Shown here one piece after another: positions 15,757 to 25,700 of a stretch of DNA of 64,000 bases. How positions within the stretch are numbered: position 1 is the first letter of the stretch; each line of letters opens with the position of its first letter. The notes beneath the pieces were generated by a model. The model saw nothing but the letters and a program-made list of their open reading frames with translations. It had not been told where the DNA came from and made no database searches. The position numbers were made by a program, and so were the translations under genes. Source of the stretch: Candidatus Omnitrophota bacterium (GTDB taxonomy: Bacteria; Omnitrophota; Gorgyraeia; Zapsychrales; JANLHA01); assembly GCA_020632555.1 (NCBI GenBank), contig JACKFI010000004.1, forward strand, positions 12,335-76,334, read 5' to 3'.

Positions 15757-18700
15757 TTAAAGCGCGCTCAACTTTTGCGGCTCTTTCTCAATCTGCATTC
15801 CGAATAAAAGCGGTACCTGAATCGGCGCGATATTGATAATAACCGGATAAAACCCGTCAATTTTCATATTTTGTATCGTCTGCTGCGGCAGAGGCAAGGC
15901 CACACCTTTGTCGTCGCGCTTGATTTGCAAATCTAAGCCGGCCGAATTAAAATCAATACCACCGACGGGAGTGGGAGCTGTGACTGCAGCTGAGGCAACA
16001 TCACCTCCATCGCTCTTAGTAACTTCTGTAATTATTAATTCTTCTACATGCTCAGTCGTTGTATCTGGAATAGTTAACGGATGATCAAAAATATCATATT
16101 TCTCCAACTGCGCAATCTCTTCAGAAGTTAAATTTCTCTCAAAAGATGTTGTATAGTAATCAACCCTAAATTCTCCTCCTCGCAGAAGAATATGATAGAC
16201 CTGATTTAATTGATGAGGATATTTAATCCCCACATCTCCTGCACCTTGGCGAACCTGCGATTGCAACTCCTGGTAAGCTCGATCATAAAGCAAAACACGC
16301 GGGTCCGTGACATTTAGTTGATTTAATATATGCCTAACACTCACTTTACCATGACCGTTAATTTTATCACTCTGCAATAAGCCAACCAAAAATTCAATAT
16401 CCCCATACTCTCCCAATTTCAAAAGAGCATTTGCTTGGGCTAAATCATTTGAGCTGGTCGCCACTCGACGATACTGATTAATCATTTTATCTTTTGCAAC
16501 ATTTAATTTTTCTAATGCTGTTTCAACATCGGTATAATTTGATCCACTTAAAAGTGGCAACAATGGTTCAATAGCCCGAACATCTCCCAATTCACCAAGT
16601 TTTTGTATCGCATTCTTCAAACCGATAGCGTAATAACTACCCAAAACCATCATATACCCATCTACCATTTGATCTTTTGTGGCATTTAACTTTATTAGCG
16701 ATGTTTCTACATCAACGTAATTTGATCCACTTAAAAGTGGCAACAATGATTCAATGGCCCGAGCATCTCCCAATTCGCCCAATTTCTGTATAACGCCGCT
16801 TATGTTATCACTTCCCAAAGCCGCAATATACGCATCCACCATTTGCTCTTTTGTGACACCTAGCTCTACTAAAATCTCCCCAGCGTCGAAGCGAAACTGT
16901 AAGTTTGGATGTCCTAAAAGTTTTAGTAAAGAAGGAATCGTCCCTTTAAATCCTTTGCGACCAAAATAAATAACTGCTTTGGCTTTATACGTCCCCATTA
17001 TCGCCGAGGAGGCGACATAAAAATTATTTGCTATTCGTATTTCAGTGATATCTAGCTTAGGTGGAATAATTTTATTGTATTGAGGCGCAAGAGGATGATC
17101 GCCATTATCCCATCCGCCAAAATCAATCGGATCCTCATATCTCTGAGAATAATATCTAACCCGAAAATCTCCCCCTCGTAAAACAATTTGATAAGCTTCA
17201 GCAAATTCAGAAGGAAAACTAAAAACAACATCTCCTGCATCCATCGGCAACTCCGCTTGCAGCTTATTGTAAACTCTATCAAAAAGTAGCACGCGACGAT
17301 CCATGATTCTTAATTGAGACAAAATACTTCTGGCATGAAGAAGAAACGTACCTCTTTCGTGCTGCAATGATTCAATAACAAGTTCAACACCTCGTGAATT
17401 TCCTAATTTTGCTAAGGATTGCGCGGTAAGATTTCTAACACGTGCGTCTTGATCAGATAACCTCTCTGACAAAAACTCATTGGAACTCTCCTCACCCAAT
17501 TTCCCCAAAAGTTCTGCAAAAATAATACTCTTGTTAAAATCATTCCTATTTTTTGCCGATTCTAGTTTTGTCAACGCTATTGCACGCGCGCGCAAACCAT
17601 CAATTCTTTCCAAAGCTAAAGCAATCACCTGCAAAACAGAAGCGGTTATAACATTTTCCTGTTCTAATTTATTTATTATTGGCAACAAAGTTCTCTGAGC
17701 TTTCAGCTTGCCAAAAACATAAGCTATGTCCCGTACCGTCTGAGAACTGCTATCCTCCTGTTCAAATTTTGCCAATAACTCAGGAATAACATCTTGACCC
17801 CTCATAACAATTCTATCTAAATAGAGATAACGTTTAATATTGTTATCTTCAAGCGCACTGGCTCGCCTTAAATTAAATTCCACCTTATTTGTAAAATAGC
17901 CAATCGGGTCAAATTCGGCAACAGCATAAAGAGCGACACCAATCAAGAACATAGTTCCTGGATTGTGCGTGGCAAACTCCGCCGCCTGCTGAGCCCAAGT
18001 TGTAGCCGCATAGCCAAAGCTCTGCACTTGCTCAACCACGCCCCCCGCAGAAACGCTCCACCCACTGCTGGCCGCACCACTTAACATATAATTTTTTGTA
18101 TCAGTAACTGATGCTGGCTTGATATTCAATGGCACAGACGACGGACTTGCAACAGTCACATCACCTGGCCTAGCATTTTCAATCAAACTGGAACTGACAA
18201 CAACATCTCTACCATTTTCTAATGGTGATCCGGCGACAACTCCCCGCACATTCGCCGGCTGATCAGAAAGCGACCCCTGGTATTCTTTTAAACCTGCAAC
18301 TGTCGCCACACCAACAGAAAGCCCGCCAGAAAAATATTTTCGCGGAATCGGTTCATTGGTTAAAGCATCAGTATCTTCTTTAATGTAGTTATAAACGCCT
18401 TTCTTAAATGCCGCTAAATACTGTTCATAAATTTTTTGTTTGGTTTCTTTGTCGAGTAAATCAATGCCTTTGGTTTTATTTTGATTCACATAAACCTGCC
18501 CCAAAAGACTTTCCTTCAGGCGCTTTTTATACCACGTCGCTAAAATCATCGAATTGTAAATCTGGCGGACCGCCGCAAAATTGCGCCCTTCATTGACTTC
18601 TTTTTCAATCTCGGGGATAATCAGCTCACGCAGGATATTAGCACCAATTTTATTTATGTCATTGCGACTGAAGGGAGTCCCTTTTAGACGAGGACCCGCA

Positions 18701-19449
18701 GGTGACAAAGTAATCTTTTCAAAAGATTGCCGCGCCCCTTCGGGGCTCGCAATGACATTGCTTTGAGAGAGCGCCGCATAATCTTCTTCCAACATAACCT
18801 TCAAGTGACGTTCCACGACAAAAACACGATTATCGTTTTCATACACTGCCGCTTTGTCCGGCATAATCCATACTTTGTTAAAAGTGTTGACTGGCAATTG
18901 ATCAACCCCATACAACTTTTGCGCTTTTTCCCGTACCCGTTGCCAAAATTCACTGCCTAATTCTTGCTCAGGATAAATCAATGACGCCGTCAGCTGCTTT
19001 AAAATATAATCTTGCGCGAGCATATCTCGACCCATCTCGGTCACGCCCAAAGCTTCGGGAATGATTCGCCCGCTTTCATACGGAGAAAGATTAACCCAAA
19101 ATTCATTCTCAGGCGTTGTCAAAGACGCTAAAAAGTATTTAATCAGCTTTTGCGACTCTTGTTCAAGTGCTGTGCCTGAAATATTTTCATCACCAGTATT
19201 TACAATAAAATCAAATCGCAAAGGATTGCCTGGATAAATGCTCATTCCACGAATAATTGGCGGTTGAAAACTCTCGCTTAACCCCATCATTGTCCCAACT
19301 GCAGGCAAACTGACGCCGGAAATACCAACACTCTGGGCACTGGCTTTGGCAGGCATTAAAAATGATGTCATGCCAAAAACAATAACAAGGACAAAACTTG
19401 TCAACCGCCGTATAAAGCCATGATTTGTCATGAAAAGATTTCTTTTCAT
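15757..19449 (-). CDS. Giant secreted protein, paralog A (shared N- and C-modules, HEAT-repeat core)
   Basis: 1230 aa with a signal peptide ending 'AKASAQ'. About 380 aa at the N-terminus are homologous to ORF 22779-27266. The core has PBS-lyase-type HEAT repeats ('LGELGDARAIESLLPLL') and a duplicated domain ('RVLL(F/Y)DR(V/A)Y..LQ...LRGG(D/E)FRV.YY'). The C-terminus is 'GGIDFN...YPVIINIAP'. Confidence 0.7.
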   Translation of the reverse strand: MKRNLFMTNHGFIRRLTSFVLVIVFGMTSFLMPAKASAQSVGISGVSLPAVGTMMGLSESFQPPIIRGMSIYPGNPLRFDFIVNTGDENISGTALEQESQKLIKYFLASLTTPENEFWVNLSPYESGRIIPEALGVTEMGRDMLAQDYILKQLTASLIYPEQELGSEFWQRVREKAQKLYGVDQLPVNTFNKVWIMPDKAAVYENDNRVFVVERHLKVMLEEDYAALSQSNVIASPEGARQSFEKITLSPAGPRLKGTPFSRNDINKIGANILRELIIPEIEKEVNEGRNFAAVRQIYNSMILATWYKKRLKESLLGQVYVNQNKTKGIDLLDKETKQKIYEQYLAAFKKGVYNYIKEDTDALTNEPIPRKYFSGGLSVGVATVAGLKEYQGSLSDQPANVRGVVAGSPLENGRDVVVSSSLIENARPGDVTVASPSSVPLNIKPASVTDTKNYMLSGAASSGWSVSAGGVVEQVQSFGYAATTWAQQAAEFATHNPGTMFLIGVALYAVAEFDPIGYFTNKVEFNLRRASALEDNNIKRYLYLDRIVMRGQDVIPELLAKFEQEDSSSQTVRDIAYVFGKLKAQRTLLPIINKLEQENVITASVLQVIALALERIDGLRARAIALTKLESAKNRNDFNKSIIFAELLGKLGEESSNEFLSERLSDQDARVRNLTAQSLAKLGNSRGVELVIESLQHERGTFLLHARSILSQLRIMDRRVLLFDRVYNKLQAELPMDAGDVVFSFPSEFAEAYQIVLRGGDFRVRYYSQRYEDPIDFGGWDNGDHPLAPQYNKIIPPKLDITEIRIANNFYVASSAIMGTYKAKAVIYFGRKGFKGTIPSLLKLLGHPNLQFRFDAGEILVELGVTKEQMVDAYIAALGSDNISGVIQKLGELGDARAIESLLPLLSGSNYVDVETSLIKLNATKDQMVDGYMMVLGSYYAIGLKNAIQKLGELGDVRAIEPLLPLLSGSNYTDVETALEKLNVAKDKMINQYRRVATSSNDLAQANALLKLGEYGDIEFLVGLLQSDKINGHGKVSVRHILNQLNVTDPRVLLYDRAYQELQSQVRQGAGDVGIKYPHQLNQVYHILLRGGEFRVDYYTTSFERNLTSEEIAQLEKYDIFDHPLTIPDTTTEHVEELIITEVTKSDGGDVASAAVTAPTPVGGIDFNSAGLDLQIKRDDKGVALPLPQQTIQNMKIDGFYPVIINIAPIQVPLLFGMQIEKEPQKLSAL
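18658..18756. repeat. 99-bp palindromic repeat element embedded in frame in paralog A
   Basis: GTCATTGCGA (18658-18667) is the reverse complement of TCGCAATGAC (18747-18756). There is an inner hairpin GATTGCCGCGCCCCTTCGGGGCTCGCAATGAC. It is translated as '...SRND...VIASPEGARQS'. Confidence 0.6.
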
Positions 19450-19580
19450 AAAGTGCCTCCCTATCTCAAATACAAAAAATTATAGAATTGTCCAGAACAA
19501 TAGAAAGAAAACCCCTGTTAGCAAATACCAATGCTTCCAAGGGCTTTGAGCAGAGCAGAAAAACAAAAGAATATTCCGCT

Positions 19581-21296
19581 TTATTCCCACTCGATGGTGG
19601 CTGGCGGTTTGGAGCTGATATCATAAACCACGCGATTAACGCCGGCAACTTCATTGATGATGCGATTGGAAATCCGCCCCAGCAAATCATAGGGCAAATT
19701 GACCCAATCCGCAGTCATGCCGTCGAGACTAGACACACAACGAATCGCGATCACATTTTCATAGGTTCGTTGATCACCCATAACGCCAACCGTCTTAACC
19801 GGCAAAAGAACAGCAAACGATTGCCAAACTTCGGTATACAATCCGGCTTTTTTGATTTCATCAATCACTCGTTCATCCGCTTCGCGCAAAATTTCTAAAC
19901 GTTCTTTGGTCACATCACCAAGAATACGAATGGCCAAACCCGGCCCCGGAAACGGTTGCCGAGCCAAAACCGTGTCAGGCATTTCTAAAACCTTACCAAT
20001 CACCCGGACTTCATCCTTAAATAATTCGCGCAAGGGTTCAACCAATTGCAGCTTCATATCTTTAGGCAAACCACCAACATTATGATGACTTTTGATCATC
20101 GAAGAAGGCCCACCAATTGGAGAAATCGATTCAATCACGTCGGGATACAATGTCCCTTGACCTAAGAATTCAGCTCCTTTTATCTTTTTGGCGGCATCTT
20201 GAAAAACTTTGATAAATTCGTCCCCAATGATTTTACGTTTTTCTTCGGGATCTTCTATACCTTTTAATCGAGTTAAAAAACGCGCAGAAGCATCAATGCA
20301 ATGCAAATTCATTTTAAAATGGCCCTTGAATGTCTTCTCAACCGAGGCAGCTTCATTCTTACGCAACAAGCCATTATCAACAAAAATGCAATGCAAATTC
20401 TTGCCAATGGCTTTCTGCAATAAAACCGCAGCCACCGACGAATCTACCCCGCCACTTAAACCCAACACCACACGTTTTGTTCCAACTAAATCTTGAACTT
20501 GTGAAATGGCTGAGCCAATAAATTTGTCCATGGTCCAACGAGGCAAACACCCACAAATTTGATACACAAAATTCACCAAAACTTGTGAACCGCGCTGTGA
20601 ATGCACGACTTCCGGATGAAACTGAACGGCAAAGATTTTTTTAGACCGATTGGCAATACCAGCAAATGATGTGGTCAAGGTATGCGCCAGCGTCGTAAAA
20701 CCCTGCGGAATTTTGGTCACGATATCCGAATGACTCATCCAACAGGTCAAATTCGTCGGAAGATTCACAAAAAGATCTTTATTGCTGTCAATAAAAAGTT
20801 CAGCACGGCCGAACTCGCGTTCCTTTGACTTTTGAACCGTTCCACCAAACATATGCGTAATCAACTGCATCCCATAACAAATACCCAAAATTGGAATATT
20901 CATTTTGAAAATTCCCGGATCCGGCAAAGGCGCACCTTTGTCATAAACGCTCATCGGCCCGCCAGAAAGAATAATTCCTTTAGGATTTTGTTTTTGAATT
21001 TCTTCAGGAGTAATATTGTACGGAACAATGCGGCTAAAAACTTTATTTTCACGAATCCGACGAGCGATCAATTGAGTGTACTGAGAGCCAAAATCTAAAA
21101 CCAAGATCAGCTCTTTAACCCGCGGCCGAGTAACCGTCGAGGATTTAACCATTTTATTAAACTTCGCACTGCGCGCCGGCTTAGCAGCCCAACGGCTGGC
21201 CTTAAACTTCTTTTTACGGTTCATGAACTTCTTTTGCAAAGAACGTCTAGCGGAAGTACTTGCTGTTTTAACCTTAACTTTAGCTTTCGCTGTCAT
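19581..21296 (-). CDS. guaA: GMP synthase (glutamine-hydrolysing); the ORF carries a 48-codon Lys/Arg-rich N-terminal extension (an alternative start is near 21152)
   Basis: '[20 protein letters not shown]', GATase 'GICYGMQ', ATP-PPase '[10 protein letters not shown]', C-terminal 'PPATIEWE'. Confidence 0.9.
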   Translation of the reverse strand: MTAKAKVKVKTASTSARRSLQKKFMNRKKKFKASRWAAKPARSAKFNKMVKSSTVTRPRVKELILVLDFGSQYTQLIARRIRENKVFSRIVPYNITPEEIQKQNPKGIILSGGPMSVYDKGAPLPDPGIFKMNIPILGICYGMQLITHMFGGTVQKSKEREFGRAELFIDSNKDLFVNLPTNLTCWMSHSDIVTKIPQGFTTLAHTLTTSFAGIANRSKKIFAVQFHPEVVHSQRGSQVLVNFVYQICGCLPRWTMDKFIGSAISQVQDLVGTKRVVLGLSGGVDSSVAAVLLQKAIGKNLHCIFVDNGLLRKNEAASVEKTFKGHFKMNLHCIDASARFLTRLKGIEDPEEKRKIIGDEFIKVFQDAAKKIKGAEFLGQGTLYPDVIESISPIGGPSSMIKSHHNVGGLPKDMKLQLVEPLRELFKDEVRVIGKVLEMPDTVLARQPFPGPGLAIRILGDVTKERLEILREADERVIDEIKKAGLYTEVWQSFAVLLPVKTVGVMGDQRTYENVIAIRCVSSLDGMTADWVNLPYDLLGRISNRIINEVAGVNRVVYDISSKPPATIEWE

Positions 21297-21353
21297 AATC
21301 TACCTTTTGTTTTGTTCTCTTTAAATGCTTCCAAATTAAAACAAACCCGGCTC

Positions 21354-22514
21354 TTACTTACCCATACCAACACGTTGGCCAACTTGAAAAACTTTGCCTT
21401 CCGTCTGAATCGAGGGCGCAATAATCATTTCAACATCATGCATTTCTTGAATATTAGCGCAACCTAACGACCCCATCGAAGTTCTCAATGCCCCAATCAG
21501 GTTCTGCGAACCATCATCAACTTTAGCTGGGCCAAAAAGAATTTCCTTTAATTGACCAGTCGTCCCGACGTGAATCCGTGTTCCGCGCGGTAAATTAGCA
21601 TGCGACGTAGCCATGCCCCAATGAAATCCGCGACCCGGCGCTTCTTCGGCACGAGCAAAAGAAGAACCCACCATCACCGCGTCAGATCCAGCAGCCACGG
21701 CTTTGCATATCTCACCACCGATACGCATACCGCCATCGGTAATAATCGGAATATACTGTCCACGGCGTTTAAAGAAATAATCACGAGCAGCGGCCGCATC
21801 GACGGTTGCCGTTACCTGTGGGACCCCAATACCCAAAACACCGCGCGTCGTACACGCGGCACCCGGCCCAACTCCGACGAGAATACCAGCGGCGCCGATT
21901 TCCATCAATTCCAAAGTCATGTCATAAGTCACACAGTTGCCGATAATGACTGGAATCTTGCAATTTTTAACAAATTTTTCAAGATCTAAAATTTTATATT
22001 CGCTGGAAATATGGCGGGTCGTGGCCACGGTCTGCTGAACAACAAAAATATCACAACCAGCATCGACTGCGATTTGTGAAAAAGCTTTAGCGTTTTGAGG
22101 AATGCAGCTGACAATAGCCGGTACTTTGGCTTTTTTGATTTCCCGAATCCGCTTGGCAATCAACTCGTCCTTAACCGGCTTTAAATAAACCGTTTGCACC
22201 AGTTTGGTGGCTTCTTGAGGAGAGGCATTAGCAATGTCATTTAAAACTTCATCCGGTTTATCATAACGTGTCTGAATACCGTCGAGATTTAAAACCGCGA
22301 TCCCACCCAACTTGCCCATGGCAATCGCAAACTTCACATCCACAACACCATCCATCGCCGCGGCTAAAATCGGCACGTCAAATTTAACACCGCCAACCGA
22401 CCAACTGATATCAACTTCGTTTGGATTAACGGTGACCATACCAGGAACCAAAGCAACTTCATCAAAACCATAACACCGCCGTGCACGACGGCCAATTCCG
22501 ATCCACTCAGCCAT
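21354..22514 (-). CDS. IMP dehydrogenase-family protein without a CBS pair (GuaB3-like)
   Basis: About 386 aa from 'MAEWIGIGRRARRCYGFDEVALVP', with the TIM-barrel IMPDH motif 'GVGPGAACTTR'. It has no CBS subdomain. GAGGAGG RBS. Confidence 0.75.
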   Translation of the reverse strand: MAEWIGIGRRARRCYGFDEVALVPGMVTVNPNEVDISWSVGGVKFDVPILAAAMDGVVDVKFAIAMGKLGGIAVLNLDGIQTRYDKPDEVLNDIANASPQEATKLVQTVYLKPVKDELIAKRIREIKKAKVPAIVSCIPQNAKAFSQIAVDAGCDIFVVQQTVATTRHISSEYKILDLEKFVKNCKIPVIIGNCVTYDMTLELMEIGAAGILVGVGPGAACTTRGVLGIGVPQVTATVDAAAARDYFFKRRGQYIPIITDGGMRIGGEICKAVAAGSDAVMVGSSFARAEEAPGRGFHWGMATSHANLPRGTRIHVGTTGQLKEILFGPAKVDDGSQNLIGALRTSMGSLGCANIQEMHDVEMIIAPSIQTEGKVFQVGQRVGMGK

Positions 22515-22699
22515 ACCAAAAAACCTCCTCAAAAATTGAAAATAACTAGATTTTTAGCAAATTTTATATGAATATTAAGTCAACAATATATATAAAAACA
22601 CCTCAAAAGTCAATGATTTTAAAAATTTAATCCAATTCTCCCCCACCCACTGTTTTCACATAATATATTGATAACAAATAACTTGTAAACATAACGCCA

Positions 22700-22730
22700 A
22701 ACAAAAACCCCGCCTTCCACAGACGGGGCT
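22700..22730 (-). terminator. Rho-independent terminator downstream of paralog B
   Basis: The minus strand reads GCCCCG-TCTGTGGAAGG-CGGGGT followed by TTTTTG. Confidence 0.6.
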
Positions 22731-22778
22731 TTTGTTATAAATACACACGGCAAAACGCCTTTACGTTAAATTTAAACC

Positions 22779-25700
22779 TCAGCTTTTCTGAGCCAAGATA
22801 TCTTCCTCACGAATAGCTTTTTGCCGATCTGCTGGTGAGAGCTGATCTTTAAACGCTGCCTTCTTCTGCTGAGCCTCTTCAGCCTTACTTAACAGCGGGA
22901 AATTCGCCATCGTTGCCGGCGCGATATTGATAATAACCGGATACAATCCTTCGATATTGATATTCGGCAAGTCCTGTTGAAATACCGGCAAAGGAACGCC
23001 ATTCTTGTCTCGTTTAACTTGAAGATTCATTAAAGTCGGATCAAAGTTGATACCACCGACTTGCGAAGAAGCCGTAGCGCCGGCTTTCACATCTTCGCCA
23101 ATCTTGTTAATGGTTGAGTCATAAGCCTTCAAAGCTTTAACAATATTCCAGCGATTATTCTTAAATACTTTAATTGCCTCATCTATTCGATTCTCTCGAT
23201 TTTCTAAATATGGATTCTTAAAAGCAATAATGTCACTAGTCAAATCACGAACCCACCCGATATCGATTCCAATATCGAGAACGCCAGATTTTAATGCGGC
23301 AGTTAACGCCTTGTTAAGCGAATCGCCCAAAAGCGCAGCTATAGCCTTATTTAATTCTTCTTCACTTGATTTAATCTTAGATCCTCTTGCCTGATCTCCC
23401 GCCGGCAATCGTTGAGCTTTATCATAAACCGCCCACACTTGCTCAAGTTGATCAATCATCTGCGTTAACGCGCTGGAGGAGACCACTTGATCCAAAACGA
23501 TATCCACAAAATTTATATCCAATTCTTGTAACCATCCTTCAAGTTCTGAGAATTTTGTGCCGATCAATCCTTGCGTATAACTATCCACTCCGTCTACTCC
23601 TGCATTGTCTATACTATGTTGTGCCCATAAATCATGCATCTGTGTTCCAATATTAATAACCATTAAATCTTGTTGGGAATCTAATTGACTCCCAGATTTA
23701 ATACGTTCTAAGGCATCTTTAACCTGACTTCGTACTGCTTCTAAATCCTCTCCTTGACTTATTAATCCCTGAATAACATCCACCGCATCTTGCAATCCAA
23801 CGCCATCCATATCTTTCAAATTCTGTGTCTTATCAACATAGGGCGTTGTAAATAAATCCATATAAATAACCCCTTGGGCGTCTCTTCCTATGTGTTCCCG
23901 GCCTTTGAGAATTTCAACAACCCCACGTTTTTTCTTATCTTCTTTAGTTGGAGTAATCCATTCTCCCTGAATACCAGACTTGAGAGTTTTATCGTCATTG
24001 GTAACAAAGCGCGCTTGTGTCCAATTTGCCTTTGTCTGAGCCCCTTGCGCATTTGTAGCTATATATCGCAATGTCGCTTGCTCCCCTGACTTTTCTATAA
24101 TATCTGCTGGAATCGTCACCGCACTGGCGGCGGAGGCCCAATGCTTAACAATTCTCTTTGCAACGTCTGTCGCATTGTCCTGACCACGGGGAATAGCATA
24201 ATTTGGCGTATCGATCAAGATATGCTTAACAAGCTTTTCCTGCTGATGACGATGTTTAATGGAGTTCAGTGCGATTTCTACAGCAGCAATCACTTGATCA
24301 TCCGCTTTACCAACCGTATGAACTGGCTGACCTTTCTCGTCAAGAATCATAATTCTGTAATCATCCTCCCCAGATAAAATTGCAACAAAAAGATCTAGTC
24401 CCTTAACATGCATCGGAGATATAGAACGAACCTCTCGACTGCCAGGCATAAAAACTGTCACACTTTCCCCATGCCTAAGAGTAATTTTAACTTGATAATC
24501 ATTTATGATCTCTGCTTTAACCGCGCTGGAGGAGACGAAAGTGATTTCCACAATATTCTCAATTGGTATTTCTTGAGATATACCAGTCAGGCTTATGCTT
24601 CTAACTGTTTTATTTGATTGAGCCTGCTGCAGTTTATTAAGAATTCCCTCAGAATGATTTCTTGCAAATTTTTTTATTGTTTCAATATTAGAATCAGACA
24701 AATCATGTTTTAAACGTACTTCTTCTGAAGAAACGAATTCGATAACTTCCGAATCAAGCAACATATTTTGGACACTTTTTTCTTCATCGGTAGCCTCACC
24801 AAAAACAAAAGGCTCAAATTCTCGAGTAATAGCATCAATCTTATTATTATCAAGCTTGTATGCCTGCACTGCTCCATCGACGACAAATTTTATTTCACGA
24901 ACACGCGTATCCTTAGCAACTGTACCATTTTTAATTGCAGCCAAAAGTGCATCTGCACTGTTTAACTTAATTATTTCTCCAGCCGTCACAGCGCTGGCGG
25001 CGGGCTCGCTATTCTTTAAGTCATAAGCCTTCAAAGCTTTAACAATATTCCAGCGATTATTCTTAAATACTTTAATTGCCTCATCTATTCGATTCTCTTG
25101 ATTTTCTAAATATGGATTCTTAAAAGCAATAATGTCACTAGTCAAATCACGAACCCACCCGATATCGATTCCAATATCGAGAACACCAGATTTTAATGCG
25201 GCAGTTAACGCCTTGTTAAGCGAATCGCCCAAAAGCGCAGCTATAGCCTTATTTAATTCTTCTTCACTTGATTTAATCTTAGATCCTCTTGCCTGATCTC
25301 CCGCCGGCAATTGTTGAGCTTTATCATAAACCGCCCACGCTTGCTCAAGTTGATCAATCATCTGCGTTAACGCGCTGGAGGAGACGAAGATATCTAAGGA
25401 AACAATATCATTGATCGCTACATTTCCCCGCAAAGAAAAATCTATGCTCGAAACTTCTCCGTACTCATCTCTATTTATGCGATCAATTGTTCCAACATTT
25501 GTAGTAGAGGCGAAAGACCCACGAAACTTTCCACTTCTAACTTCCTGCCCAACATTGATTTCACCATCCTCTATACGCAAAGAAATTTTATCCCCAGAAA
25601 ATTCTTTTGAATCTCGTTGCGTTGACGTCTTGGCGGGCAAGCCTACACGTGCTCGAACAGCATTTTCTTGATACTCATATGTTGTTTTTAAGTTCTCAGC

